Below are positions 50,505 to 62,265 of a stretch of DNA of 64,000 bases, piece by piece. This DNA comes from Octopus sinensis (Eukaryota): contig NC_043000.1 in assembly GCF_006345805.1 (NCBI RefSeq), positions 20,212,001 to 20,276,000 of the forward strand, written 5' to 3'. Made by a program: the position numbers and the translations under genes. The notes under the pieces were generated by a model. The model was not told the DNA's origin, made no database searches, and saw nothing but the letters and a program-made list of their open reading frames with translations. Each line of letters begins with the position of its first letter. Position 1 is the stretch's first letter.

Positions 50505-51727
50505 TGAGGTTGGTGTTGCGCTCAAAATTGACTGGATGGAATAAAATCCAAGCAGTTAATATGTGGGCGATAGCATCACTTCGGTAGAGAGCGGGAATTA
50601 TAAAATGGCAAAAGAAAGAAGTGAAGAAAATGGATACCAAGACCATAAAAATGTTGACAGTACACACCGATAGGTTGTTCTTATCCAGAAGAAAGGGTGC
50701 GAGAGGTTTAATTAGTTGCCAGGACTGTATCAAAGCAATGGAAAGCAGCTTAGGGTGGTATATAAAAAATGCCGCAGAGCTACTGTTGAAACACACAAAG
50801 AAGGCCGGCGTCATCAACATTGAAAAATGTGTACCGAAAGAAAAAATTAAACAAATGAACAAAAAAAGGAAGCGCATGGAAGGTAAAAAAAAAATGTACT
50901 GTCAGTTTGCCAGAGATCTGAACGCCAAGACAAATGCAGAGGAGCGGTGGCTATGGATGAGGAGGAGTGACTTGAAGATAGAGACAGATGCACTCTTATA
51001 CGCAGCTCATGAACAAGCGTTAAGGATCAACTATATGAAGGGCAGAATAGACAACACTACCGATAGCGACAAATGCAGAATGTGTGATGAGAGGGGTGAA
51101 ACATAATGGCACATCGTTAGCGAATTCCCGAAATTGGCACAATGCGAATACAAGAGACACCATGACAATGTTGCCAGAATGATCCATTGGGAGCTCAGTG
51201 GAAACCACGGCCTAGAAAGAGCAAAGACGTGGTATGAGAAAACTCGAGAAGGAGGCACCAAAAATGAGACTTGCAAAATCCTGTGGAATGTTATGAGCCA
51301 GTGCGATCACCTGACCAGATATCGGAAATTGGACATTGTTGTGGAGAATAAAAAAGAAAGAGCATGAATGATAATCGACATAGTACGCCCCGGTGACAAC
51401 AGAATCAGTGTGAAGAAAGAAGAAAAATAAACAACTATGACGATTTGAAGTGGGGAATATGAAGGTTATGGTCAATGAGGAGAGTAGATGTGATACGAAT
51501 AGTAATTGATGCACTTGGAAGTATCAGCACTCAACTTCAAACATGGCTGAAAAAGATCGGTGCAAGTGTGAAGGTAGAACACCTACAAAAATCAGCATTG
51601 CTTGGAACTGCAAGAATTCTTCACAGAGTTCTTGAAGCATGACCAGTAAACAAGTGTCACCTTAGTCTGCTGGCTGTGGACAGCTGACACTTTCCATCAT
51701 ACCCGGCAAAATAAGCTGTGAGGTTTC

Positions 51728-51728
<1 letters not shown>
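50505..51728 (+). pseudogene. Degenerate R4/Dong-like LINE (subfamily A3) flanked by (AAT)n on both sides
   Basis: NLIQAVNMWAIASLR, DRLFLSRRKGARGL, SDLKIETDALLYAAHEQAL, KCRMCDERGET, RHHDNVARMIHW, TALLGTARILHRVLE-like end. Confidence 0.85.
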
Positions 51729-51799
<71 letters not shown>

Positions 51800-51811
<12 letters not shown>

Positions 51812-51925
51812 AATCCCCGTAGAACTGTTACAAAAGGTTTGCTTCCTTGGCACGGCCAGAATAATCAGGAAAATATTAGATAGCTGAAAAGAATAGACAG
51901 CATGGTACTGTAGGCTGCAGACTTT
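51800..51925 (+). mobile_element. Short 3' end of another Dong-like LINE directly after (AAT)n
   Basis: IPVELLQKVCFLGTARIIRKILDS*. Confidence 0.65.
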
Positions 51926-51983
51926 TAATATCGACGCTCAACTATCAAACCACATAGGTTTCGCCTCGTATGTCTTTATCGAA

Positions 51984-52085
51984 TGTCTGACGATGTGTTT
52001 GCTCTATGTTTGGCCTCCAAGCGGCACCTACTGGTTGCATCTATTGTGACGTCATGTGTTGCAAGATACTGAAACATATGTAACA
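51984..52085 (+). ncRNA. Candidate minimal type I hammerhead ribozyme
   Basis: Stem I TGT/ACA, CTGACGA (51987-51993), stem II GTGTTT(GC)/(GC)AAGATAC with wobbles, T-T at 10.1/11.1, GAAA (52071-52074), palindromic ACATATGT, GTA triplet. Confidence 0.55.
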
Positions 52086-52121
52086 ACTGGAATAAAGGTA
52101 TACCAAGTTATTTTCTCTCAG

Positions 52122-52160
<39 letters not shown>

Positions 52161-52239
52161 TGTGTGTGTGTGTGTGTGTGTGTCCAAGAACTTTCCAACG
52201 GTTTTGCAGGATTTATTTAGGCCCTTGCAAATGAAGTCC

Positions 52240-52465
52240 GTGCATTCCTCGATTGTAAGTGAGTGTAGATTTCCGGTCTTATCAGAAAAGATATAAATTC
52301 ATTTCGTCCCGTCTTCATGTTCTGGGTTCATATTCTGTCGAAATCGACTTTGCCATTCATCCTTTCGGAGGTCGATAAAATAAAGAACAGTTTGAGTACT
52401 GAGGTCGATGTAATTGACTTACCCATTTCCCCGAAACTACTGGACTTGTGCCAACATTTGAAATC
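52240..52465 (+). mobile_element. SINE family N, degenerate
   Basis: ATCGACTTTGCCATTCATCCTTTCGGAGGTCGATAAAA core. Confidence 0.75.
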
Positions 52466-52581
52466 TATATATTATGTAATGATATTTCGATAATGATCTG
52501 CTAGTAAATTGGAGATGAAACAATTGTAGTATTATGCAAGAAATCGTGTTTGCTTAATCCATTCTTTTCTTTTTGCATATA

Positions 52582-52623
<42 letters not shown>

Positions 52624-53054
52624 TACACACACGCGTATGTATGTATATGAGTGAGTATATGTGTGTTTGTGTGTGTGTACAAGTTTTGTAGGAACTGCTG
52701 TTACCTATTTCTTATGTGAACAAATGCATTCAGGTAGAAAAATATAATCACATCTGTCTTCTTCTTTACAGAAAGGGAAATCTATCTTTTCCATAATGGC
52801 GTGGTAATTCCGGAAAATTTTTGATTACTTCAGAGAAAATGTCCTTTTCTGATTCGGAGTTTGTGTATTACCTAGCAGTACATACCACTGAACTTTACTA
52901 AACATACCTTAATCTGTTTAACTGAGGAATTTATACCCTGAGTGTGTTAACCACAAATGGATAATGAGGTGGAACTATAACTAATGTCCATATTTGAAAT
53001 AAATAAACGAAAAGCATGTATCTGCAATAAACACTTAGAAATATGCATATAGCA

Positions 53055-53135
53055 ATTTACTCGTGCATAAGTCGGTCTAATTTAAGCTTGATTTTAACTG
53101 AAAAGAACTGGGGTGCGTCTTATGCACAGGGCGAG
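53055..53135. mobile_element. Possible Tc2/pogo-like TIR remnant
   Basis: TTTACTCGTGCATAAG...GGGGTGCGTCTTATGCAC with internal TGCATAAG/CTTATGCA inverted pair, typical of such ends. Confidence 0.4.
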
Positions 53136-53139
53136 TTTG

Positions 53140-53863
53140 AATATCTTTTCTTTTACTTGTTTCATTCATTAGACTACGACCACGCAGGAGCACCGGCTTG
53201 AATTTTTAGTCGAACGAACCGACTAAAAATGTTGCTGGTACTTATTCTATTGGCTGATTTTGACGAAGCACTAAGTTTCGGGGATTTAAGAGAATCAAAA
53301 ATAGTTGTCAAGCGATGGTGTAGGACAAACACAGACACAAAGACATACACACATTCATATATATGTATATTCATATATATTGACCTTTTATACATGCTAG
53401 GCCACTGGTGGTGATATTTATAACAAGTATTCGCCACCCTATATATATATGTAACTTATGAATATGTTCTTAGCATTCTCGAAGTTTCAGCTCGGCATTA
53501 CATCTATTGCTGACTGTAAATGCGCCTGCGCGCAATATTTCAAAAATTATAGCATATAAGGATGGGACACGTGTTATCTTGTCTCTGAATTATAAGTTAG
53601 TTGTTTAGGCCGGTTACTGACGAGAATTCGCCTGGTAGATAATATGGTCTTGCTAAATTATCTATTAAAAGATGGCAAGCAGTATTATTTGCTAAAGAAA
53701 TTCGAAACCATGGTATAACCACTATATAACAAGGTAAAGGTTTTTACTTTTCATTTACTTCGAAATTTGCTATAAAATTGTGGTTTTAGGCCGTGTTTGG
53801 CTGCTATTTCTAGCATATAAAAATTACCTGTTAAAGGGTAATTTTCTATTTTGAAATACGAAA

Positions 53864-53910
<47 letters not shown>

Positions 53911-54075
53911 GACAGGCTTCTTTCAGTTTCTGTCTACCAAATTCATTCAAAAGACTTTGGTCAGCCCAATGGTGTAGTAGAAGACACTTGCCCAAGGTGT
54001 CACCCAATAGGACTGGATCCCCGAATCATGTAGTTCGAAAGCAAACTTCTTACCACACAGTCACACCTGCGCGTA
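53140..54075 (-). mobile_element. SINE family A split at its internal microsatellite by a ~490-bp insert (~53380-53870)
   Basis: 3' half at 53140-53350 and 5' half at 53905-54075. Confidence 0.75.
53612..53720 (+). ncRNA. Minimal type I hammerhead ribozyme, complete core, long structured loop II
   Basis: Stem I GGTTA/TAACC (5 WC pairs), CTGACGA (53617-53623), stem II GAATT/AATTC, GAAA (53704-53707), palindromic stem III ACCATGGT, GUA triplet. Predicted cut after 53715. Confidence 0.8.
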
Positions 54076-54183
54076 AGAAGGGAAAATATTTTGTAACAAG
54101 ATTTTTTTACACTAAATTAGAAATGCGATTAATACATGAGTGAAACTTACACACGAATGTGACTCATACTCGAGTATGACTTA

Positions 54184-54283
54184 NNNNNNNNNNNNNNNNN
54201 NNNNNNNNNNNNNNNNNNNNNNNNNNNNNNNNNNNNNNNNNNNNNNNNNNNNNNNNNNNNNNNNNNNNNNNNNNNNNNNNNNN
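54184..54283. other. Assembly gap (100 N)
   Basis: Run of 100 N. Confidence 1.
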
Positions 54284-54362
54284 TATACTGGGCTTCGTAT
54301 ATTTTACCCCAGTGTCACTTTGATGGCATGCTCTGCTCGCTCACTCAATAATAATAATAATG
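54284..54362 (+). mobile_element. 3' end of the ~540-bp (AAT)n-embedded element
   Basis: Matches the reverse complement of 22378-22442 and ends in (AAT)n. Confidence 0.8.
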
Positions 54363-54682
54363 AGATAGAATTAGGCATTTGCATTCTTAACTAGAGTCAT
54401 AACCAACAGTTTTCGGTCACCCAAACTATGACAAAATTAAATAAATGAATGGATAATAATTATAAATGAACGTGAAAGGGAAGGAGAAGGAAGAAAGAGG
54501 GAGAATTGGATTGAGCGTAGGGATCCCAAGTTGTTTTTTCTCTAAACATACTGCATGGAAGAAGAAAATCAGAACTATAAGAAGAGCTGATATGCACTGT
54601 ATATATGAGTATGACTGTATGTACGTATGTGTGTATTTGAATAAAACAAGTTTATTTTTTAACGTGGGAAGTAAATTAATTA

Positions 54683-55250
54683 TCTATTATATAAAATCCG
54701 TTCTGTCTGTCTGTGTGTGTGTCTTCTAGGATCTCGGGCATCCTCCATCTGATTGCGCTCAAATTTGATATGTAGATACCGACGGTATCAGGGCGTGTAT
54801 AAGTCTTGAAAAAATTACAAAAATCGATTCCAAGTGAGAATGCCATCGATAAAGCCGTGGAACGGGCATTTGTAAAATCGTTTTTCTTGGAATAGAAAAA
54901 AGTCTATCTTTATTTCTCCTATGGGACGGTCGGACAAGTTGTTTTGAGAAAATTTGGTTTAAATGTTTGACAACTCAGTACCGTCCATTAGACGGGGGTG
55001 CGTTTTGCTCGTACATCTATATATTTGAAAAAAGATACAGCATTATGTTTTCACCCAACAAATGTTTTAATATAACAGTTTTACTGTTACAAGGTAAGTT
55101 TTACACATGCAAAAAAAAAAAGAAAAAAACTGAACTAATTGACCCTTTTGTTATCCTGGGGGTGATAGAAAGCATGAGAAATTCTACTGGGCCATAATCT
55201 TTTTAAATGAATTGAAGCTTTATGTTAATAGATAATTTAGGTGCTAGTAA
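54683..55250 (+). mobile_element. Helitron-like (DINE-1/HINE-style) non-autonomous element, 3' limit uncertain
   Basis: A|TCTATTATATAAAA start, (TCTG)n block, CTGATT..GCTCAAATTTG motif. Possible CTAG|T near 55244 lacks a clear hairpin. Confidence 0.5.
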
Positions 55251-55842
55251 CCTTTCTTAGAAACTTTAAATAATTAATATTAAATTATAAAGCATTGGCA
55301 TGAACGAATGGATAAAAATTTTACTTTTTAATCACATACACACATGCACGCACGTACACACACACACACACACACATTGCTGGTTTCTTCTTTTCGCTCT
55401 ATGTGTGAAATAGCCAAGAACACTCTGGGGTCACATGACTGAATTCAGGTCTTAAGAAAGGATCATTGGTTAAATCTTTTTAGCAAGCAAGCAAGCTTGG
55501 GAGTGTGGTAAGAAGTTTGCTTCCCAACCACATGGTTCCAGGTTCAGTCTTCTATTAGTGTCTTCTACTATAAGCCTTGTGCTGATTAAAACCTTGCAAG
55601 TGAACTTGATAGAGAGAAACTGAAAAAACTCGTCGTATATATACATATGTGTGTGTGTGTGTGTTTTCGTGTGTGTGTGTGTGTGTCTTTGTGTCTGTAT
55701 TTATCCTTCACTAACGCTTGACAACCGGCTTTTCTTTGCTTTTCGTTACTAAGAAATGAAGGAATACGACATAAAAGTAAATATGACTACAATGAATCTA
55801 GTGAAATTTATCAATATCAGGTATGCGATAAGAAATTTATTA

Positions 55843-56270
55843 GGCGCAGGAGTGGCTGTGTGGTAAGTAGCTTGCTTACGAACCACATGGTTCCGGATTC
55901 AGTCCTACTTCGTGGCACCTTGGGCAAGTGTCTTCTACTATAGCCTCGAGCCGACCAAAGCCTTGTGAGTGGATTTGGTAGACAGAAACTGAAAGAAGCC
56001 CATCGTATATATGTATATATATATAAGTATGTGTGTGTATATGTTTGTGTGTCTGTGTTTGTCCCCCCCCCTCCCAACATCGCTTGACAACCGATGCTGG
56101 TGTGTTTACGTCCCCGTAACTTAGCGGTTCGGCAAAAAAGAACGATAGAATAATTACTAGGCTTACAAAGGATAAATCCTGAGGTCGATTTGCTCGACTA
56201 AAGGCAGTGCTCCAGCATGGCCGCAGTCAAATGACTGAAACAAGTAAAAGAGAGTAAAATAAAAGAGAGT
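55843..56270 (+). mobile_element. SINE family A, full length (degenerate copy upstream at 55495-55750)
   Basis: GGCGCAGGAGTGGCTGTGTGG head to (GAGTAAAA) tail. Confidence 0.92.
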
Positions 56271-56603
56271 AATAATCAATTATATATTACACAAAAATTA
56301 TTTATCATTTAAAGATAGTAAGGCATGCAGTTTCACCCCTCATCAGTTGTCAAACGTTAGATAGAAGTATTTAAAATAAATGAAATTTTAGTGTTATCAA
56401 CTTTAATTTCAGCATAGTTATTGCTTTCTATGCAATGGAGAAAACAAAGTATATTGAAGCAGAAAATTCGGTGTACAATTTAAGTAACTCTCCTTCCGTT
56501 TCGAGTTCGAATATCTTTCTTCCATTGGGTATAATTGCAAATACTTAGAATCATATAATCAACTATATTATCCATAAAAAATGTGTAACCTGTCGCTGTC
56601 TCA

Positions 56604-56665
<62 letters not shown>

Positions 56666-56679
56666 TAATAATAATAATA

Positions 56680-57030
56680 AGATGTGGCATCTCAAGGTGA
56701 CTACAGTACCAGTGATTGTAGGATCTCTAGAAATGATTAAAAAAAAGGTACTGAAACCTATTTGCAAATGATACCAGGCTTACCATCCCTACAGGAAGTT
56801 CAAAAAATCGTATTAACTGGAACAGTTCATGTACTGAGAAGAGCATTATTGCTGTGAAAACAACATCCATCCATAAATGTATTTATTTATTAATTTTTAA
56901 ATACATATTTTTACCTGTGAATTTGCACATATAATCTGGGAATGCATGCAACGAGCATCTCTGCCCTAGGTGAATGGAAAACACTTGTTGAGAAATGGAA
57001 GAAAATTTGAAGAAAGAAGGAAAAAAAATA
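56680..57030 (+). mobile_element. Dong-like stack unit 1: ORF end + 3' UTR
   Basis: KMWHLKVTTVPVIVGSL...EVQKIVLTGTVHVLRRALLL*, between (AAT)n arrays. Confidence 0.8.
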
Positions 57031-57176
57031 ATAAGTATGATGATAATGATGATGATAATAATAATGATAATAATAATAATAAATAATAATAATAATAATA
57101 ATAATAACAATAATAATAATAATAATAATAATAACAATAACAATAATAATAATAATATAATAATAATAATAATAAC

Positions 57177-57220
<44 letters not shown>

Positions 57221-57300
57221 TAACAATAATAATAATAATAATAATAACAATAACAATAATAATAATAATAATAATAACAATAATAATAATAATAATAATA

Positions 57301-57424
57301 ACCCCCCAAATATATGGCACACTAGGCATAACAACAACATGAACTTCCAACCCTGTTGTCTCTTGAGGTCTCTGGGTGAGACTTGGAGCCAACTTGTACA
57401 AATATAAAGCAAAAGTCAAACATA

Positions 57425-57425
<1 letters not shown>
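57301..57425 (+). mobile_element. Dong-like stack unit 2: 125-bp A1 3' terminus
   Basis: Near-identical to 62123-62247; (AAT)n on both sides. Confidence 0.9.
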
Positions 57426-57514
<89 letters not shown>

Positions 57515-57521
57515 TAATAAC

Positions 57522-57607
<86 letters not shown>

Positions 57608-57631
57608 TAACAATAATAATAATAATAATAA

Positions 57632-58375
57632 TAGCAGTAGAATAGGTTATTCAGAGTAGATCAGAAGAGATTCTACAAAGAAATAAATGGAGAGTGTACA
57701 GATGAACAGTTGATACCAAATAACATTGAAAGTTAAAGGTTTTGGAGTGACATCTGGAGCAAAGACAAGGAGCAAAAGAAGGATGTTGAATGGTTGCAAG
57801 AACTGAAAGAAACAGCAGTCTGCCCCAGAAACAATATAAGAGATGACATGACAACATAGCAAGGATTGTCCATTGAACACTTTGTAACAGGTATGGACTT
57901 GACAGAGCAAAAAAGTAGTACGAACATGAACAAAAGGCATCAGCGAAAATGACAATGCATAAGATCCTATGGGATTTTATGATTCAGTGCGACTATGAGA
58001 TAGAGAATAGGAAGCCAGGCATAGTATTAATTGAGAAAGAAAGCAAGCGATGCTGGATCATAGATATAGCTTGCCCCACTGACAACAAAGTATGCGATAA
58101 GAAAGAAAGAAAAGCCGAGAGATAGGACAAGTTAGATTGAGAGGTTAAGCAGTTGTGGTCGCTGAAAAAAGGTGTTAGTAGTACCAATAATTGTTGGAGC
58201 CCTGGGAAAAGTGAGTAAAAATTTTGAGAACAAATAGGTGCTGTAATAAGGGTGGAGTACTTGCAAAAACAGCACTACTCGAATACTCCGGATGGTGCTC
58301 CAAAATGAGGAGTGTTACATTAGTTCACTGGTTGTGGTATGTCTCCAGCATTAGAAGCTGTGCAAAGACGACAGC
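57632..58375 (+). pseudogene. Dong-like stack unit 3: copy lacking the whole RT
   Basis: NRLFRVDQKRFYKEING...FWSDIWSKD...EWLQELK is joined directly to zinc-knuckle/RLE remnants. Confidence 0.7.
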
Positions 58376-58411
58376 AACAACAATAATAATAATAATAATA
58401 GTAATAATAAT

Positions 58412-58483
<72 letters not shown>

Positions 58484-58530
58484 ATTGATAAACGAGGCAT
58501 AAAATGCTGATAATAATAATGATAATAATG

Positions 58531-60370
58531 ATAAACGAGGCATCTTTCAAGGTGACTCCCTCTCTCCATTACTTTTTTGCATGGCACTGATCCCACTCTT
58601 AAACGAATTGGATAGTACCAGATATGGGTACAAAGTTTTTAGTAAGTTAATAAACCACCTTTTCTATATGGACGACCTAAAGCTGTTTGCCAGGAATGAC
58701 CAAGAGCTAGAAGGGCTGCTAACAACTGTTAAAGAGTTTAGCAATGATATCGGAATGGATTTTGGCCTTGATAAGGGTGCTAAAGCAACTTTTGTAAGAG
58801 GCAAGCTCAGGCAAACAGCTTCTGTTAAATTAGATATTGACACAACCATCAAGGAACTTGACCCACAGGAAAGTTACAAATACCTAGGAATCAACGAAGG
58901 AGATGGTATACATCATGCTACTATGAAGGAAAAGATAAGAAAGGAATACTATAGGAGAATAAGGCTTGTACTGAAGACTGAACTCAACTCCAAAAATTGC
59001 ATTGAGGCCATTAACACCCTGGCACTTCCAGTAGTCCAGTACAGTTTTAACATCATTAACTGGAACCTTACGGAACTCCAACGCTTGGACAGGAAAACAA
59101 GAAAGTTACTGACATCCAAGAGCATGCACCACCCTAAGGCAGATGTAGACCGCTTGTACCTACCTAGAAGCAGCGGGGGGAGAGGAATGATGCAATTAGA
59201 GCTGTGCTATAAGACCTCTACTGTAGGAATGAACAGGTACCTATCTAGTACAAAGGACTGGATGCTGCGACTTGTGTGCGAACACGAAAGCAGCAAAAAG
59301 CTGCATTCTATTGTCAAGGAAGCTTATAAGTTCGAAAGGGAACTAGACATTAACCTTGAATCAGATGAAGAGCCGGAAACCACTGCTACCAAGCAAGCAA
59401 AGCGAATCAAGCAGACTGCAAAAAAGAACGGGCAGAATCAAATTGAGAGGCGGTGGAGCCAGAAGCCCCTGCATGGACAATATATTCTCCGAAGCCAAAA
59501 TGCTGATGTAGACCAAGCAACAACCCATCAGTGGCTGAAGAGCTCTGGATTGAAAGCAGAGACTGAAGGTTTCATAATGGCAGCACAAGATCAAAGATTG
59601 TTTACCAGAAATTACCAGGCTAACGTTCTCCGAAACGGTACTGACCCTAAATGCAGATTCTGCGACACATTTGACGAAACGATAGACCATCTCGTTTCGG
59701 GATGTCCTGTGCTGACACCAAACGAATACAAAAATCGCCACGATAGGGTAGGACAGTATATACATTGGAAGATATGTAAACACTACAAATCCGACACTCC
59801 TGCTAACTGATATGAACACCATCCTCAGCCAGTTGTTGAAGGTAAAGATGTCACCATCCTCTGGGATTTTCCAGTCAACACTGACAGAACGATCAAGGCT
59901 AATCGACCAGACATAATTGTTAAAGACAGGGAAGAAAATACCTGCAGACTAATAGAAGTAAGCGTCCCCACTGATAAAAATGTATCTGTCAAGGAATTTG
60001 ACAAACTTAGTAAATATAAGGACCTGGAAATCGAAATACAGAGGATGTGGAATCTTAAAACAAAAACTGTTCCTGTTATTGTAGGTGCCCTAGGTATGAT
60101 AAAAAAGGGATGTCAGAAACACCTAGACAATATCCCTGGAAAACCATGTCTCAAGGAAATCCAAAAGATTGTGCTAACAAGTACTGCCCACATCCTTAGA
60201 AAAACCCTATCAATGTAAATGTTTGTGTTTGCATTACATGGAGATATATCTCTACTTCCCCTCCCCAAGCTTTCAGCTATATTTCAACAACTCTTAACCA
60301 TCACTTGCCCTAGGGCGCTGGGTGTGCCCCGGCAGGTGATTGCATCAAACATGCAGATTAAAAGTAAATG
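58531..60370 (+). pseudogene. Dong-like stack unit 4 (subfamily A2): 5'-truncated RT-ZnF-RLE with one in-frame TGA (59808-59810), ORF ends 60218
   Basis: GIFQGDSLSPLLF, YMDDLKLFA, CRFCDTFDETIDHLVSGC, RHD, NRPDII. The frame continues past the TGA (Trp position, AN*YEH). Confidence 0.92.
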
Positions 60371-60412
60371 ACAATAACAATGATGATAATAATAATAATA
60401 ATAATAATAATA

Positions 60413-60454
<42 letters not shown>

Positions 60455-60473
60455 TATAAATCATCTCGTTTAC

Positions 60474-62030
60474 ATGGATGATTTAAAGCTTCTTGCAAAA
60501 GATGATCAACAACTCAAGGGCTTACTAGCGATAGTCAAACAATTCAGTGACGACATCAGAATGCAATTCGGCCTCGATAAATGTGCAAAGGCTACCTTTA
60601 TCAAAGGAAAAATGACAGAAACATCTAACGTTAACCTTGACCAGCAGAATGTCATAAAAGAACTAGACCCAGCGGAGAGCTACAAGTACCTAGGGGTAAT
60701 TGAAGGGAACGGAATAAGGCATTCAGAGATGAAGGAAAGGATCAGGAGAGAATGCTATCGAAGAGTGAGAGCAATACTCAAGACAGAGCTGAATGCAAGA
60801 AACAGGATCGAAGCGATCAATGCATTAGCTATACCAGTCGTGACTTACAGTTTCAATATTGTTAACTGGTCAATTACTGAAATATGTCAGCTCGACAGAA
60901 AAATAAGGAAACTATTGACAATGCATAGAATGCACCACCCTAAGGCAGATTCAGAACGACTCTATCTGCCAAGAAAAGAGGGAGGCCGTGGTCATTTGCA
61001 ACTGGCAATAACAATGAAGATTGCTACAATTGGCCTAGACACCTACCTGAAAAACTCTGAGGACTGGATGTTAAAACTTGTCTCAAAACATGAAAACAAG
61101 AAAGCATCATACTCAGTCACAAAACAGGCAAAGGAAAATATAAGTGAATTCCGAATACAACCAATTTCGGAATTAGAGATAGATATACAAGAAACAAGCA
61201 CAGAAAAAGCTAGGCGCATGAAAACCCGTGCCAAAACTGCGGCCTTAGATATTCTGAATAATAAATGGCAAGAAAAACCTCTCTATGGCAAATACCCAAA
61301 GAGAGCGAATAATGCAGATATCGATAAAGCCCTGACCCATCAATGGCTAATGGCCTCTGGCTTAAGATCTGAAACAGAGGGGTTTATCATAGCAGCTCAA
61401 GATCAATGCCTACCAACAAGAAACTACCAGGCCAACATATTAAAGATCAGAAGCAGTCCAACATGTCGTGTATGCAAGCAACAAAATGAAACCATTGACC
61501 ATGTGGTCTCCAAGTGCAGTCTTCTAGCGCCTACAGAGTATCTCAACAGGCATGATAGAGCTGCACAATATATTCACTGGGTAATCTGTAAAAACCTGGA
61601 TTTGCCCCATGAAAAAAACTGGTGGGAACACAAACCACCCCCAGTGCTTGAAAATGACCACATCTCACTCTTCTGGAACTTCATCATTCAAACTGACAGG
61701 AAGATAGATGCAAATAGGCCAGACATCATATTGAAAGACTTCAAACAAAGAACATGCCTCCTCATTGATATGACTGTCCCAATCGATATAAACGTATCTG
61801 TCAAGACCTACCAAAAACTGAGCAAATATAAAGATCTTGAAATAGAAATCAGCAAAATGTGGAAGCTGAAGACTAAAACAATACCTGTTGTCATAGGTGC
61901 CCTGAGAATGATAGCAAAAGGGGCTGATAGCTACCTAACTCAGATACCAGGAAACCCAAAAATGGCAGAAGTTCAAAAGATAGTGCTCATGGGAACTGCT
62001 CATATCCTACGCAAAATACTCTCTATGTAA
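60474..62030 (+). CDS. Dong-like stack unit 5 (subfamily A1): uninterrupted C-terminal 518 aa (RT C-half, CCHC knuckle, RLE) of a 5'-truncated copy spanning 60451-62247
   Basis: YMDDLKL, CRVCKQQNETIDHVVSKC, RHD, NRPDIILKD, LIDMTVP, KLSKYKDL. Not an expressed full-length gene because the 5' part is missing. Confidence 0.88.
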   Translation: MDDLKLLAKDDQQLKGLLAIVKQFSDDIRMQFGLDKCAKATFIKGKMTETSNVNLDQQNVIKELDPAESYKYLGVIEGNGIRHSEMKERIRRECYRRVRAILKTELNARNRIEAINALAIPVVTYSFNIVNWSITEICQLDRKIRKLLTMHRMHHPKADSERLYLPRKEGGRGHLQLAITMKIATIGLDTYLKNSEDWMLKLVSKHENKKASYSVTKQAKENISEFRIQPISELEIDIQETSTEKARRMKTRAKTAALDILNNKWQEKPLYGKYPKRANNADIDKALTHQWLMASGLRSETEGFIIAAQDQCLPTRNYQANILKIRSSPTCRVCKQQNETIDHVVSKCSLLAPTEYLNRHDRAAQYIHWVICKNLDLPHEKNWWEHKPPPVLENDHISLFWNFIIQTDRKIDANRPDIILKDFKQRTCLLIDMTVPIDINVSVKTYQKLSKYKDLEIEISKMWKLKTKTIPVVIGALRMIAKGADSYLTQIPGNPKMAEVQKIVLMGTAHILRKILSM

Positions 62031-62265
62031 TCTCAAGGTTTCAAACAAACATAATTTTCGGTTTAAAAAAAAACAAAACAAAAACCTTATATTTTTAGGC
62101 ATTCATTAGTACAACATCCCCACCCCCCAAATATATGGCACACTAGGCATAACAACAACATGAACTTCCAACCCTGTTGTCTCTTGAGGTCTCTGGTTGA
62201 GACCTGGAGCCAACTTGTACAAATATAAAGCAAAAGTCAAACATAGAAAAATAATAATAATAATA

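Noticed and set aside
50094-52803. Two possible micro-exons (50094-50146 ending CTG|GTAAGT; 52772-52803 after TTCTTTACAG)
   Set aside because: Too short, no recognisable peptide, and such splice-like strings are expected by chance in AT-rich DNA.
59808-59810. In-frame TGA in the Dong A2 ORF as possible recoding
   Set aside because: Aligns with a TGG Trp in the A1 paralogue (NWWEH); an ordinary G-to-A nonsense mutation.
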